Below, one piece after another: positions 24,049 through 34,390 of a stretch of 64,000 nt of DNA. This stretch comes from Ekhidna sp. (GTDB lineage: Bacteria; Bacteroidota; Bacteroidia; Cytophagales; Cyclobacteriaceae): NCBI GenBank assembly GCA_045106975.1, contig JBGCFL010000026.1:23590-87589 (forward strand). Direction: 5' to 3'. Each line of letters begins with the position of its first letter. The stretch's first letter is position 1. Both the position numbers and the translations under genes were made by a program. The notes under the pieces are model-generated. The model did not search any database. It worked only from the letters and a program-made list of their open reading frames with translations, and had not been told where the DNA came from.

Positions 24049-26772
24049 TCAATTAAAGAAATCCGTAAAGCTTCTTCTTTTCTCCAATTTTAAGTCTTGC
24101 AAGATCGATGCTTTTACTCTTATAGAAAAGAAATAGGATTGTCTCAAACCAAACGGAACCCAATTGAAGTTCATCGTCCAGCAATGTAAATCCCTACTTA
24201 CTCCAATTCTGGTTTGGGTAAAATCTCTGTTTTCAATATCATACCCTGAATTGAATGTTATTTGAGTTTTAGATGTAAGCCCCAATGACCCATTGAACGA
24301 TAAGGTCTGATTGATGTCTGAATCTTCAAATCCTCGCTTTGTTCTATTGATAGAATAATTTACTCTAAGAGTCCAAGGCACATTAAAATCAACATATTGC
24401 TCTGGGTTGTTTTGGATATTGGTTAATTCTTGTTGCTCATCTTCAGTGAATCCTTCAAAATTGGTTTGTTCACCTCCTGGTCCAAATCCCCCCAAAGCTG
24501 TTGAGGTACCTTCTTCGGTATTTGATTGGTTGTTCTTTTTCCGCGGAGATAAATTTAATCCAATGGTAGTATTAGCTCTAGAAAGTTGACCAAGTCCTTG
24601 CCCATTGTTCCACGCATATTTGTTTAATCTTTCTTGATCGACAGACCTAATGCCACTACTATTTATAGTTTCAGAGTTCAGTTTATATATGTAAGGATCT
24701 AGTGCTCCGGTAAAGTTGACTGATATTTTTCCATCAAAGAAACTGGTCCTAGCATTAATATTAATTGGGCTTAGCTTAAAAGCCTCTGCCGCTAAATTGT
24801 ACCCTGAGCTTATACCTAGATTATCAAATATTTTCACTTTTCTAAAGCCATTGACAGTGTCTTTTTTACTGGCTACTTTCATCTCTATGTTATTGGTGAG
24901 GCTAAAACCTATAGTTTTACTTTCATTGCCTTGGGGCGAACCATAAGCAAATCCTTGATACTTACTGACAGTTTGAAAGTTATTGCCTGTAGAATCTATT
25001 TGCACCTTTTTAAAAACTCCATATTTAGTGCTACTAAAATCAGGATTATATGAAAATGACAGGCTTGGTGTCATTACATGTCTAACAGCTTGAAGTTTAC
25101 CTTTTGAAAAAAATTTGGTCCCATAAATTCGAGTATTTAAGGAAGCTCCTGATGACCAACTGCCTGCTCTGCTAAAACCGTCTAACGTATCTATTCTAAC
25201 TGACTTTTCCGATTCTATGTAGGTGTAATCTAGTTCTTTGTCGTACCACAAGTCTGTATAACTGAAAGAAGGGTTTAAAGTAAAGAACTTCAAAACACTC
25301 ATGGAGGTTGAGATAGGAATGGTGTGTTTACCGCCTATCTGAGAACGATCCAGAATAGCATCTAAATTTTCAGAATTGTAATCAAGTATTTCACTATCCT
25401 GATCTCTTGAATTAGCAACATCAAAGTCAAATTGATTGTAAGAAATCGCTTGATTTGAAATTTCATTTTTTGCCACGAAATTATGACTGAAATTTAATTT
25501 AGCTAGCGGAGATTTAGACGACTTTACAAGATCTTGAAAAGGATAAATTCTGCTCATATTTAGAGTGAAATCAGGAAGTGTTAGACTCATGATTCCAGTT
25601 CTAACATTTTGACTATGCCTCAAATTACTGGACATGTTAAAAGGTGTCCCTTGAAATCGTTTAGAGTAGCTTACGTTAGATGTAAACTGACTATTGATAC
25701 TTCTTTCGATATCCTGATTGACTAAATTGTTGTTCTCAGAATAGCTTTGAGTACCAGCAGATACAGAGGCAGATATGGAGGAATTACCTCTTGTCTCAGG
25801 AGTGTGATTCCATCTAACCCAGAAGTCATTTTGGACCTGCGCATCTTCTGCATCCCCAATCAATAATTTATTGTAGGATAAATTTAGAGCACCTCTGAAA
25901 GCATACCTTTTAACATAATTGGTTGTAGTATTCAGAGCACTTGCACCTTTAGAATATATGTCACCTGTTATTCTCAAATCTACATAATCGCTTATGGCAA
26001 AATAATAACCGCCATCTCTTAGAAAAAATCCTCTTAGTTGCTCTTCTCCATAGGAAGGTACAATGATTCCAGACGTTTTTTCTTTCGGTTGAGGGAACAT
26101 TCCAAAAGGTAGAAAGAGAGGTGTGGGGAGGTCTCTGAATTTCATGTGAAATGGTCCAGAAACTATTTTTTTGTTTGGGATTACCTTCAACTTGCTAGAC
26201 TCAATCGAGAAATGAGGATCTTCAAGATTACATGTTGTGTAACTAGCTCTGGTTACAAACATTTCATCATCTTCGTTTTTTCTTACGTCTTCGCCATGCA
26301 TGTAGCCACCTTGCTGCTCGGTAATCACTCCTTTTATTAGCGCTCTTTTTGATTTGAAATTATAGAGTATATCGTCTGTGACATACACTTCAGGACCATC
26401 AGTAAACATTGGCTTACCAATTTTCTTTCCCGTGCTGTCAGTGATAAAATAAGATTTGATTGTTCTAGAACCCCAGTCTACATCTGTTCTTTCAGCATCT
26501 AACTGAATTTGACCATAGTCTATATGAGTATCACCATAGAGATAGAATTTCCTATCATTCACTTTGAAATAAAGGGAATCCTTAGCGTCATAATTGATAG
26601 TTGTGGTAATATCCCCTTTTGGTTTTGGAGGGAGATTGTTAATACTGTCATTCGGGATGGAATCAGCAAGCGCCATTTTTGATTCCATTTTTTTACCAAA
26701 AGACGCATTAAAATCTTGCGAAAAAAGGCTTCCAAATGTGAAAAAACATACAATTGCGATTAGACCCCTCAA
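24049..26772 (-). CDS. lptD: LptD/OstA-like outer-membrane LPS-assembly protein (Bacteroidota long form)
   Basis: 907 aa with a signal peptide, an N-terminal OstA-like region (YGDTHIDYGQIQLDAE...ASYTTCNLEDPHF) and a large beta-barrel-like remainder. Divergent from the amidase gene. Confidence 0.65.
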   Translation of the reverse strand: MRGLIAIVCFFTFGSLFSQDFNASFGKKMESKMALADSIPNDSINNLPPKPKGDITTTINYDAKDSLYFKVNDRKFYLYGDTHIDYGQIQLDAERTDVDWGSRTIKSYFITDSTGKKIGKPMFTDGPEVYVTDDILYNFKSKRALIKGVITEQQGGYMHGEDVRKNEDDEMFVTRASYTTCNLEDPHFSIESSKLKVIPNKKIVSGPFHMKFRDLPTPLFLPFGMFPQPKEKTSGIIVPSYGEEQLRGFFLRDGGYYFAISDYVDLRITGDIYSKGASALNTTTNYVKRYAFRGALNLSYNKLLIGDAEDAQVQNDFWVRWNHTPETRGNSSISASVSAGTQSYSENNNLVNQDIERSINSQFTSNVSYSKRFQGTPFNMSSNLRHSQNVRTGIMSLTLPDFTLNMSRIYPFQDLVKSSKSPLAKLNFSHNFVAKNEISNQAISYNQFDFDVANSRDQDSEILDYNSENLDAILDRSQIGGKHTIPISTSMSVLKFFTLNPSFSYTDLWYDKELDYTYIESEKSVRIDTLDGFSRAGSWSSGASLNTRIYGTKFFSKGKLQAVRHVMTPSLSFSYNPDFSSTKYGVFKKVQIDSTGNNFQTVSKYQGFAYGSPQGNESKTIGFSLTNNIEMKVASKKDTVNGFRKVKIFDNLGISSGYNLAAEAFKLSPININARTSFFDGKISVNFTGALDPYIYKLNSETINSSGIRSVDQERLNKYAWNNGQGLGQLSRANTTIGLNLSPRKKNNQSNTEEGTSTALGGFGPGGEQTNFEGFTEDEQQELTNIQNNPEQYVDFNVPWTLRVNYSINRTKRGFEDSDINQTLSFNGSLGLTSKTQITFNSGYDIENRDFTQTRIGVSRDLHCWTMNFNWVPFGLRQSYFFSIRVKASILQDLKLEKRRSFTDFFN

Positions 26773-26941
26773 CTCTTACTTCTTTTTTGAAAATGAACTC
26801 TTACCAAACTATCTTTGAGATGAAATATTTTTTGCATTAATGGCAGATTTTTTGCTAATGGCGATGTTGTATGTCTACCAGACGTGCTTTGATTTATAAC
26901 TTTAGTGTAAAAGTATTTCATTTTCGAATTAAATAGATGCT

Positions 26942-27742
26942 GTGAGAAATTCTGTTCTTCTAATTGGCCTGTTTTTATTTCTAGTCTTACCTTCATTTCA
27001 TTCTGTGAAAGAGGAAAATTTTGCTGTCACAAAAATTGTGATAGATGCTGGTCATGGCGGTAAAGATCCCGGAACATTGGGTTCCTACTCTCAAGAAAAG
27101 GAAATAGCTCTCAAGGTTTCGCTGCTTGTTGGCGAATACTTGGAAAAATATATTCCAGGTGTAGAAGTAATTTATACTCGAAAAAATGATTCGTTTATTC
27201 ATGCTAGAAACCGTCCTAGTATCGCTAATGGACAAAATGCAGACTTGTTTGTTTCGATCCACGCAAATTCCTTACCAAGATCTACCAGTGAGGAAAGAAA
27301 GGCTAGAATAAGAGGAACAGAAGTTTATGTAATGGGTGCTCAAAATACAGGCAGAGCATTAGAGGTGGCAAAAAGAGAGAACTCAGTGATCTTTTTGGAA
27401 GAAGATTATGAGGATAACTATGACTTCAATCCAGAATCTGATGAGTCATACATTCTCTTTAATCTCACTCAAGCTGCCTATCAAGATAATAGCCTTATTC
27501 TTGCAAGTTTGATTGATGAGCAATTGACAAAGCGTGCTGGAAGAAAAAGCTATGGAGTAAAACAATCAAGCTTATACGTGCTTTGGAGTACTGCTATGCC
27601 TAGCGTCTTAGTGGAGATTGGCTACCTTTCAAACCTAAGGGAAGAAAAAGAGTTAAATGATCCAAAAGTGCAAGAATACATCGCTTCTGGAATTTATCGA
27701 GCAATAAAGGAGTACAAAGAAGTATTCGATTCTCAAAATTAA
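26942..27742 (+). CDS. N-acetylmuramoyl-L-alanine amidase (Amidase_3)
   Basis: GTG start and a signal peptide, with the blocks VIDAGHGGKDPG, SIHANS and GYLSN. Confidence 0.85.
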   Translation: MRNSVLLIGLFLFLVLPSFHSVKEENFAVTKIVIDAGHGGKDPGTLGSYSQEKEIALKVSLLVGEYLEKYIPGVEVIYTRKNDSFIHARNRPSIANGQNADLFVSIHANSLPRSTSEERKARIRGTEVYVMGAQNTGRALEVAKRENSVIFLEEDYEDNYDFNPESDESYILFNLTQAAYQDNSLILASLIDEQLTKRAGRKSYGVKQSSLYVLWSTAMPSVLVEIGYLSNLREEKELNDPKVQEYIASGIYRAIKEYKEVFDSQN

Positions 27743-27754
27743 AAATGATCAATT

Positions 27755-28675
27755 GTGTCAAAAGAATTTAAAATAGGTCTCATTACTGTAGTCGCAGGAG
27801 CACTTCTTTATTATGGATTTAACTTCCTAAGAGGTTCAGACTTATTTTCACCATCAAATAGATACTATGTCATGTATACTAACGTGACGGGTTTAAGTGT
27901 TTCTAACCCCATATATTTTAATGGACTGCCAGTAGGACGAGTAAGCGGATTTAAACTCCAACAAAAAAAAGGCAGAATAGTAGTCTCATTGGATGTTGAT
28001 GAAGGTGTTTTCATTGGACAAGATGCGACAGCAACTTTGGCTAATGATGGTTTATTTGGTGGAAAAGCGGTATTACTAGATGTAGGAATCTCTAGTGTCG
28101 CTATGGAGGCAGGAGACACTTTGGAATCAGTGATGGATGAGGGAATGTTGGATCAAATTGAACCAATTACAGATAACTTAAACACTACCATTACTAAGAT
28201 CAATACCTTATTGGACCATCTCAATAACACGGACATAACAGGCGCTGTTGACACCATTAAGTATTCAATAGGATTGTTAACGGAAAAAATGAATAAAATT
28301 GATGTTCAAGAGCCCATCAATAATATGAATGATATGATTCTTAGCTTCAAGGATCGATCTGATCAATTAGAGGGTGTTTTGAATAGTTCTAAATCCTTGA
28401 TGGATTCACTCAATTCACTGCCTCTAAATAGTGTCATTGATAACTTAAATGGATCAATGGCTAAAATGAATGAGATGATGGCAGCTATTCAATCAGAGGA
28501 AGGAACCATAGGAAAACTTATAAATAATGACTCTGTCTATAATTCTATGAATCAGGTAATGCTTGACTTAGACGCATTACTTATTCATTTCAATAACTAC
28601 CCTAAAGATTTTATGAGTCCGCTGGGGAGAAAAAATAAAAAGTTAAAAGGAGTTTCAACAGAGGAGGATAATTAA
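27755..28675 (+). CDS. MlaD/MCE-domain protein
   Basis: An N-terminal transmembrane helix is followed by an MCE fold (VSNPIYFNGLPVGRVSGFKL) and a long helical C-terminus. Confidence 0.75.
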   Translation: MSKEFKIGLITVVAGALLYYGFNFLRGSDLFSPSNRYYVMYTNVTGLSVSNPIYFNGLPVGRVSGFKLQQKKGRIVVSLDVDEGVFIGQDATATLANDGLFGGKAVLLDVGISSVAMEAGDTLESVMDEGMLDQIEPITDNLNTTITKINTLLDHLNNTDITGAVDTIKYSIGLLTEKMNKIDVQEPINNMNDMILSFKDRSDQLEGVLNSSKSLMDSLNSLPLNSVIDNLNGSMAKMNEMMAAIQSEEGTIGKLINNDSVYNSMNQVMLDLDALLIHFNNYPKDFMSPLGRKNKKLKGVSTEEDN

Positions 28676-28682
28676 TCCAAAA

Positions 28683-30311
28683 ATGGACATTCAATTCAAT
28701 AAAAATGAAGATGCTAATAAGCAGTTAGTATATAAGCTCAATAAGCGACTTGAGAAAGTAAAACTAGGCGGAGGAGAAAAAAAAATAGCTTCTCAACATA
28801 AAAAAGGAAAGTTAACAGCTCGTGAGCGTGTTGACTATTTGATTGACGATCCGAGTGATTTCTTGGAGATCGGAGCATTTACCGCTGACGGGATGTACAA
28901 AGAGCAGGGCGGTTGTCCATCAGCAGGTGTAGTAACTGGAATAGGTAAGGTTTCTGGAAGGCAATGCATAATTGTTGCTAATGATGCCACGGTAAAAGCG
29001 GGTGCATGGTTTCCGATGACTGCTAAGAAAAATCTGAGAGCTCAAGAGATCGCGATTGAGAATAAAATTCCAATCATCTACTTGGTGGACAGTGCGGGAG
29101 TATTTCTTCCAATGCAAGACGAAATATTTCCAGACAAAGAACACTTTGGGAGACAATTTCGCAACAATGCGGTCATGTCCTCCATGGGGATAATTCAAGT
29201 AGCAGCTATCATGGGTAGCTGCGTAGCTGGGGGAGCTTATCTTCCTATTATGGCAGATGAAGCACTGATTGTGGAAGGTACAGGCTCAGTATTCTTAGCG
29301 GGTAGCTATTTAGTGAAGTCAGCTGTTGGAGAAACCATTGATAATGAGACCTTAGGAGGAGCTGCTACTCACTGTGAAATATCAGGTGTTACAGATAATA
29401 AATGCAAAGACGATAGAGACGCATTAGACTCCATCAAACGAATTTTTGATAAAGTAGGAGATCCTGAAAATGCAGGATTCAATAGGACGGAAACAAAACT
29501 GCCTCAAAAGGAATTAAAAGATATCTACGGAGAGTTTCCAGCAAGCAGAAACATTCAATATGACATGGTTGATGTCATCAAATGCCTAGTTGATGACTCT
29601 GAATTTGACCAATACAAAGAGCTTTACGGTCAATCTATTGTTTGTGGTTACGGACGAGTTGATGGCTGGAGTGTTGGAATCGTGGCAAATCAGAGAAAAG
29701 TTGTCAAAACTAAAAAAGGTGAGCTGCAAATGGGTGGAGTTATCTATTCCGACTCAGCTGATAAGTCTGCTCGCTTTATAATGAACTGTAATCAGCGTAA
29801 AATTCCGTTGGTGTTTCTGCATGATGTGAATGGGTTTATGGTAGGTTCTAGATCAGAGCATGGTGGTATTATTAAGGACGGAGCTAAAATGGTTAATGCC
29901 GTGGCAAACTCGGTAGTGCCAAAGTTTAGCATTGTGATGGGTAGCTCATATGGTGCTGGTAATTACGCAATGTGCGGGAAAGCCTATGATCCAAGATTGA
30001 TATTTGCTTGGCCTACTGCAGAGATAGCCGTAATGAGTGGTGGTTCAGCTGCTAAAACGCTACTTCAGATCGAAATAGCTTCTGCTAAAGCAAAGGGAAA
30101 AGAACTGACGGAGGAAGAGAAACAGGCTCAATTGAAAAAAATTGAAGATTCTTACAAAGAAAAGCTTAGTCCATATTATGCAGCTTCTCGTCTTTGGGTA
30201 GATGGCATCATAGATCCAATTGATACAAGAAGAGCTATTTCTACTGGAATTGAAATGGCTAACCACTCGCCAATTGAAAAGAACATGAATGTTGGAGTTA
30301 TCCAAACATAG
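28683..30311 (+). CDS. acyl-CoA carboxylase carboxyltransferase (beta) subunit (methylcrotonyl-/propionyl-CoA carboxylase type)
   Basis: 542 aa with the typical blocks GKLTARERVDYL, ANDATVKAGAW, GSCVAGGAY and AWPTAEIAVMG. Confidence 0.9.
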   Translation: MDIQFNKNEDANKQLVYKLNKRLEKVKLGGGEKKIASQHKKGKLTARERVDYLIDDPSDFLEIGAFTADGMYKEQGGCPSAGVVTGIGKVSGRQCIIVANDATVKAGAWFPMTAKKNLRAQEIAIENKIPIIYLVDSAGVFLPMQDEIFPDKEHFGRQFRNNAVMSSMGIIQVAAIMGSCVAGGAYLPIMADEALIVEGTGSVFLAGSYLVKSAVGETIDNETLGGAATHCEISGVTDNKCKDDRDALDSIKRIFDKVGDPENAGFNRTETKLPQKELKDIYGEFPASRNIQYDMVDVIKCLVDDSEFDQYKELYGQSIVCGYGRVDGWSVGIVANQRKVVKTKKGELQMGGVIYSDSADKSARFIMNCNQRKIPLVFLHDVNGFMVGSRSEHGGIIKDGAKMVNAVANSVVPKFSIVMGSSYGAGNYAMCGKAYDPRLIFAWPTAEIAVMSGGSAAKTLLQIEIASAKAKGKELTEEEKQAQLKKIEDSYKEKLSPYYAASRLWVDGIIDPIDTRRAISTGIEMANHSPIEKNMNVGVIQT

Positions 30312-30316
30312 TAGCC

Positions 30317-31168
30317 TTGCTAAAAGAAAAAGAAATAAAATCACTTATTGTTCTACTAGATGATGAAGATCATGAGGTAGTTTCTCATGTAGAAGAAAAA
30401 ATCATGTCGGAAGGGACGAGTATTATTCCTTTGCTTGAGAGTGAGTGGGAAAGTACGTTCAATCCTATTATTCAACGAAAGATTGAAGATTTGGTGCACG
30501 AACTTCAATTTGAATTACTAAGAGAAAGATTTTTAGAGTGGAAAGAGGATGGTGCTGAAGACCTAATGGAAGGACTTTGGATAGTAGCCACTTATCAATA
30601 TCCTGACTTGGAATTAGAGGAGCTACATTTAGAGATAGAGCAACTTCACCATGAGCTCTGGAGGCAGATGAATGAGGATATGATGCCTTATGATCGTATC
30701 AAGATATTTAATGATGTATTCTTTAATAAATTCAAATTCAGAGCTAATACGAAGAACTTCCATTCGCCTGCTAATTCTATGATTAACAGTGTCTTGGAGT
30801 CTAAAAAGGGAAATCCCATTTCACTCTGTGCAGTGTATTTAATGCTTGCACAAAAAATGGATTTACCCATTTTTGGAGTTAACCTTCCTAATCTTTTCAT
30901 TCTCACTTACCAACTGGGGAAAGAGTCTTTCTATATCAATGTGTTTAATCGTGGACTCATCTTTACTAGATCAGATATAGATAACTATCTAGAAAATCTA
31001 CAATTACAAAAACAAGATATTTTCTACGAACCATGTTCGAACTTGGCTATTATTCTCCGTGCTTTGAGAAACCTAATTGTCTCTTTCGAAAAGTTAGGTG
31101 ACTATCATAAAGCAGACGAAATGAAGTTGATCCTCCAAAAAATGGACGATCAATACTTCAGTCTTTAA
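30317..31168 (+). CDS. transglutaminase-like / SirB1-type (UPF0162) protein
   Basis: 283 aa with a TTG start. The central block KKGNPISLCAVYLMLAQKMDLPIFGVNLPNLF resembles the SirB1/transglutaminase-like family. Confidence 0.5.
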   Translation: MLKEKEIKSLIVLLDDEDHEVVSHVEEKIMSEGTSIIPLLESEWESTFNPIIQRKIEDLVHELQFELLRERFLEWKEDGAEDLMEGLWIVATYQYPDLELEELHLEIEQLHHELWRQMNEDMMPYDRIKIFNDVFFNKFKFRANTKNFHSPANSMINSVLESKKGNPISLCAVYLMLAQKMDLPIFGVNLPNLFILTYQLGKESFYINVFNRGLIFTRSDIDNYLENLQLQKQDIFYEPCSNLAIILRALRNLIVSFEKLGDYHKADEMKLILQKMDDQYFSL

Positions 31169-31299
31169 GTAAAACCATTCTCAACCTTTACTCGAAGTAA
31201 ATATCCTTTTCAGGAGATTATCTGGGGTTTTATATCTATTTCTAGTGAAAAATTCCATTCCATAAATTGATCAAAAGCAACACTTTTATAAAGATTGCG

Positions 31300-31340
31300 T
31301 TTAGGACTTTAATATTTTAGTTACTTTTAGGACTTTAATA
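31300..31340. promoter_or_regulatory. two perfect 15-bp direct repeats TTTAGGACTTTAATA (31300-31314 and 31326-31340) flanking a -7-like box upstream of PadR
   Basis: The repeats are spaced 26 bp apart. TACTTTTA at 31322-31329 is one mismatch from TAnnTTTG. The second repeat ends 8 nt before the PadR ATG. Confidence 0.55.
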
Positions 31341-31348
31341 AAAATTTA

Positions 31349-31687
31349 ATGGGAAAATATTCAATAGGAGAGTTTGAAGAAGTAGTAATGCTTACTGTGG
31401 CTATACTCTACGAAGATGCATATGGAATCTCTATTAAGGAGGATATAGAAAACAGGATGCAGAGGAAGGTAAGTGTTGGTGCTATGCGAACAGCACTTAG
31501 CCGCTTGGAAAAAAAAGGCTTTCTAAGATCTGAGTTTGGAGAAGCAACAGCAGTAAGAGGGGGAAAACGGAAAAGATATTTCAGAGTAACTACAGAAGGC
31601 AAGAAGGCACTAGAACAGGTGATGGAATCACGTAAAAAACTATGGGAAGCGATTCCATCTATGGCTTTTGATTTTACGCTAGGGTGA
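31349..31687 (+). CDS. PadR family transcriptional regulator
   Basis: 112 aa winged-helix protein (YGISIKEDIE...VSVGAMRTALSRLEKKGFL...RKRYFRVTTEGK). Confidence 0.85.
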   Translation: MGKYSIGEFEEVVMLTVAILYEDAYGISIKEDIENRMQRKVSVGAMRTALSRLEKKGFLRSEFGEATAVRGGKRKRYFRVTTEGKKALEQVMESRKKLWEAIPSMAFDFTLG

Positions 31688-34284
31688 GTGATTATCCACA
31701 CATAGCACCACCTAAAATTCCTTTAAAATTTTTAAAGTGGTTTTGTCGAAAGGATCTCATTGAGGATGTTGAAGGAGATCTTGAAGAACTCTTTTCAGAG
31801 AGGATTTCGACAAATAGTAAGACAGCCAAACTCAGATACTGTCTGGATGTGCTTTTACTACTTCGACCAGAAATAATAGGAAACTTCAAAATTAATAACG
31901 GACTAATCAATTTCAGTATGCTAAAAAATTATCTAAAAATTGCGCTAAGAAACGCGCTACGGTATAAAGGTTATACAGCTTTGAATCTTATGGGTCTTGT
32001 GGTAGGTATAGCATCAAGTTTGCTTATCCTACTATGGGTACAGGATGAGGTTCAAATGGATAAGTATCACGCCAATGGAGATGAAATTTATCAGCTTTTT
32101 AGAAATATGAAGCAAACAAGTGGAACCACAAATACTACTTTTTCTATTCCAAAACCAGCTGCAGATCTTATTCAATCAGAATACCCAGAAGTGAAACAAG
32201 TGGCCTCAGTTAGTTGGCCTATTTCATTTAAGTTTTCCTACAAGGAGAAAAAGTCAGATGAGGAGGGTAGGTATGTGACTAGAGAATTTTTAGACATGTT
32301 TTCATTTCCTCTTTTGGAAGGAGACAAAGAAACGGCGTTAAATGACCCAGGATCTATTCTTATTTCTGAAAATGTAGCTGAGAAATTTTTCGGAAAGAAT
32401 TGGTCTTTAGAAGTCATTGGTAAAACCATTCGACTAGACAATAATAGAGATGCTATTATCACTGGTGTTTTTGAAAACACTAGACCGGATTCATCAATGG
32501 AATTCGAATATTTGCTCCCAGCTCATGAATATGTCGGTAGAAATGATTGGATGAATGATTGGGGAAACGGCAGTTTTGGTGTATTCTTTACGGTAGATTC
32601 AGAAAAAGAGGCTAAAGTAGTATCTGAACGAGTACGCAATGAAATAAAGAATCATACATCAGGACAAGAAAATTCTGGAGAGGAATTAGTCATACATAAG
32701 TTTGAAGATTATTATCTGTATTCTAATTGGGATAATGGAGTAATCAATGGCGGAAGAATTGATTATGTTAAAATTTTAAGCATAATCGCAATCTTTATTC
32801 TTGTTGTCGCTTCTGTCAATTTCATGAATTTAGCAACCGCTAGATCAGGAAGAAGGTCTAAAGAAATTGGTTTGAGAAAGGTTATGGGAGCACATAAATC
32901 TTCCATCAGTATTCAGTTTTTTATCGAATCTCTATTGCTATCCCTTCTTTCCGCTATTCTTTCCGTTTTTATTGTTTGGCTATTGTTGCCAAGTTTTAAT
33001 GTATTGGTTGATAAGCATCTTTTCATAGATCTGTCACAAGCCATTACTTGGTATTTCTTGGGAGGTGTCACGCTCTTGGTAGGTGTTTTTTCTGGTATTT
33101 ACCCCGCTCTTCTTTTACCCACCTTCAATATTATTCAGTCTTTAAAAGGAGCTGTCAAACAATCGACAGGAGCCGCTGTTTTCAGGAAAGGATTAGTGGT
33201 TTTTCAGTTTGCTATAAGTACGCTTCTTATCGTAGGAACAAGTGTTATCTATCTTCAATTAGACTATGTTTTGAATAAGGACCTAGGGCTCGATAAAGAA
33301 AATTTAGTAGTTCTCAACATGGGCGGCAGCTTTGGTGATCGATTAGAAACATACAGAAATGAAATTAAAAAAATTCCTCAGGTAAAAGCGATGACTGTTT
33401 CTTCGGGTAACCCTTTAGAATATGGTAGATCCACAAGTTCGATGCGCTGGGCTGGAATGGCTGATGAAAGCTATGAGGTCAATATTTTAATCTCAGATGA
33501 GCATTTTATAGAAACGATGGGAATGGAAATCAAAGAAGGTAGAGATTTTGAAGCTCAACTTTCTGATTCTACTAATTTTATCATCAATGAGGTGATGGCA
33601 GAACTCATGGGATTTGATGATCCTATTAATCAGAAACTTACCTTTTGGGGAATAAAAGGGAAGGTGGTAGGAGTAGTAAAGAACTTTCATATGCGCAACA
33701 TGCATGAGCCCATTGCACCGCTAGTTATTAGTTGTATTGATCCCGCACGAGAAAGTTTAGCATTAGTTAGAATTCAGGGCAATCCCAATTCCGCACTTGA
33801 GTCTATAGAGAAAGTGAATTCGCAACTAAATCAGAACGCTGATTTTAATTACCAATTCGTAGATCAAGTTTATGAGGAAAGCTATAAAAGTGAAATGACG
33901 GTGAGTACGCTGGCTAACATTTTTGCAGGGATTTCCATATTCATTTCTTGCCTTGGATTGTTTGGGCTTTCTGCCTTTTCTGCAGATCAAAGGTCGAAGG
34001 AAATTGGTGTTCGAAAGGTGCATGGTGCAAGCGTCTCACAGTTGGTTCTTTTGCTATCAAAAGATTATTCTAAACTTATGATCCTAGCATTTTTAATAGC
34101 TGTGCCATTTGCATATATGTATGCAAATGAGTGGTTATCTAACTTTGAGTTTAGAACACAATTGAATCCAATCTTCATTGCTTTAGCTGGAGTTATTACA
34201 TTCATCATTGGCGCACTTACGGTCAGTTTTAAATCGTTTCAAGCGGCAAAAGTCAATCCATCAAAAACGCTTAAGGATGAATAG
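31684..34284 (+). CDS. FtsX/MacB-like ABC transporter permease with an N-terminal permease-prefix region
   Basis: 866 aa with two FtsX-type 4-TM modules (RSKEIGLRKVMGA and RSKEIGVRKVHGA) separated by periplasmic domains. The GTG start overlaps the PadR stop. No ATPase gene is adjacent. Confidence 0.85.
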   Translation: MSDYPHIAPPKIPLKFLKWFCRKDLIEDVEGDLEELFSERISTNSKTAKLRYCLDVLLLLRPEIIGNFKINNGLINFSMLKNYLKIALRNALRYKGYTALNLMGLVVGIASSLLILLWVQDEVQMDKYHANGDEIYQLFRNMKQTSGTTNTTFSIPKPAADLIQSEYPEVKQVASVSWPISFKFSYKEKKSDEEGRYVTREFLDMFSFPLLEGDKETALNDPGSILISENVAEKFFGKNWSLEVIGKTIRLDNNRDAIITGVFENTRPDSSMEFEYLLPAHEYVGRNDWMNDWGNGSFGVFFTVDSEKEAKVVSERVRNEIKNHTSGQENSGEELVIHKFEDYYLYSNWDNGVINGGRIDYVKILSIIAIFILVVASVNFMNLATARSGRRSKEIGLRKVMGAHKSSISIQFFIESLLLSLLSAILSVFIVWLLLPSFNVLVDKHLFIDLSQAITWYFLGGVTLLVGVFSGIYPALLLPTFNIIQSLKGAVKQSTGAAVFRKGLVVFQFAISTLLIVGTSVIYLQLDYVLNKDLGLDKENLVVLNMGGSFGDRLETYRNEIKKIPQVKAMTVSSGNPLEYGRSTSSMRWAGMADESYEVNILISDEHFIETMGMEIKEGRDFEAQLSDSTNFIINEVMAELMGFDDPINQKLTFWGIKGKVVGVVKNFHMRNMHEPIAPLVISCIDPARESLALVRIQGNPNSALESIEKVNSQLNQNADFNYQFVDQVYEESYKSEMTVSTLANIFAGISIFISCLGLFGLSAFSADQRSKEIGVRKVHGASVSQLVLLLSKDYSKLMILAFLIAVPFAYMYANEWLSNFEFRTQLNPIFIALAGVITFIIGALTVSFKSFQAAKVNPSKTLKDE

Positions 34285-34359
34285 AATTCTTCCTTTCAAG
34301 GGGTTTGTGTAGGTGAATGTAGTGACAGGTGATGTTTTTTGCCTTGCGATTATCAAAAA

Positions 34360-34389
34360 GGTTAGTATTTCAAAATACTAACCTTTTTT
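34360..34389 (+). terminator. rho-independent terminator after the FtsX-like gene
   Basis: A perfect 10-bp stem (ggttagtatt / aatactaacc) with loop tcaa and a 6-T tail. It ends 1 nt before the next ATG. Confidence 0.75.
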
Positions 34390-34390
34390 A

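Noticed and set aside
26810-26817. A TAtcTTTG box in the lptD-amidase divergent spacer as the amidase promoter
   Set aside because: It lies 125 nt from the amidase GTG start. A single 8-mer match at that distance is too weak to call as a feature.
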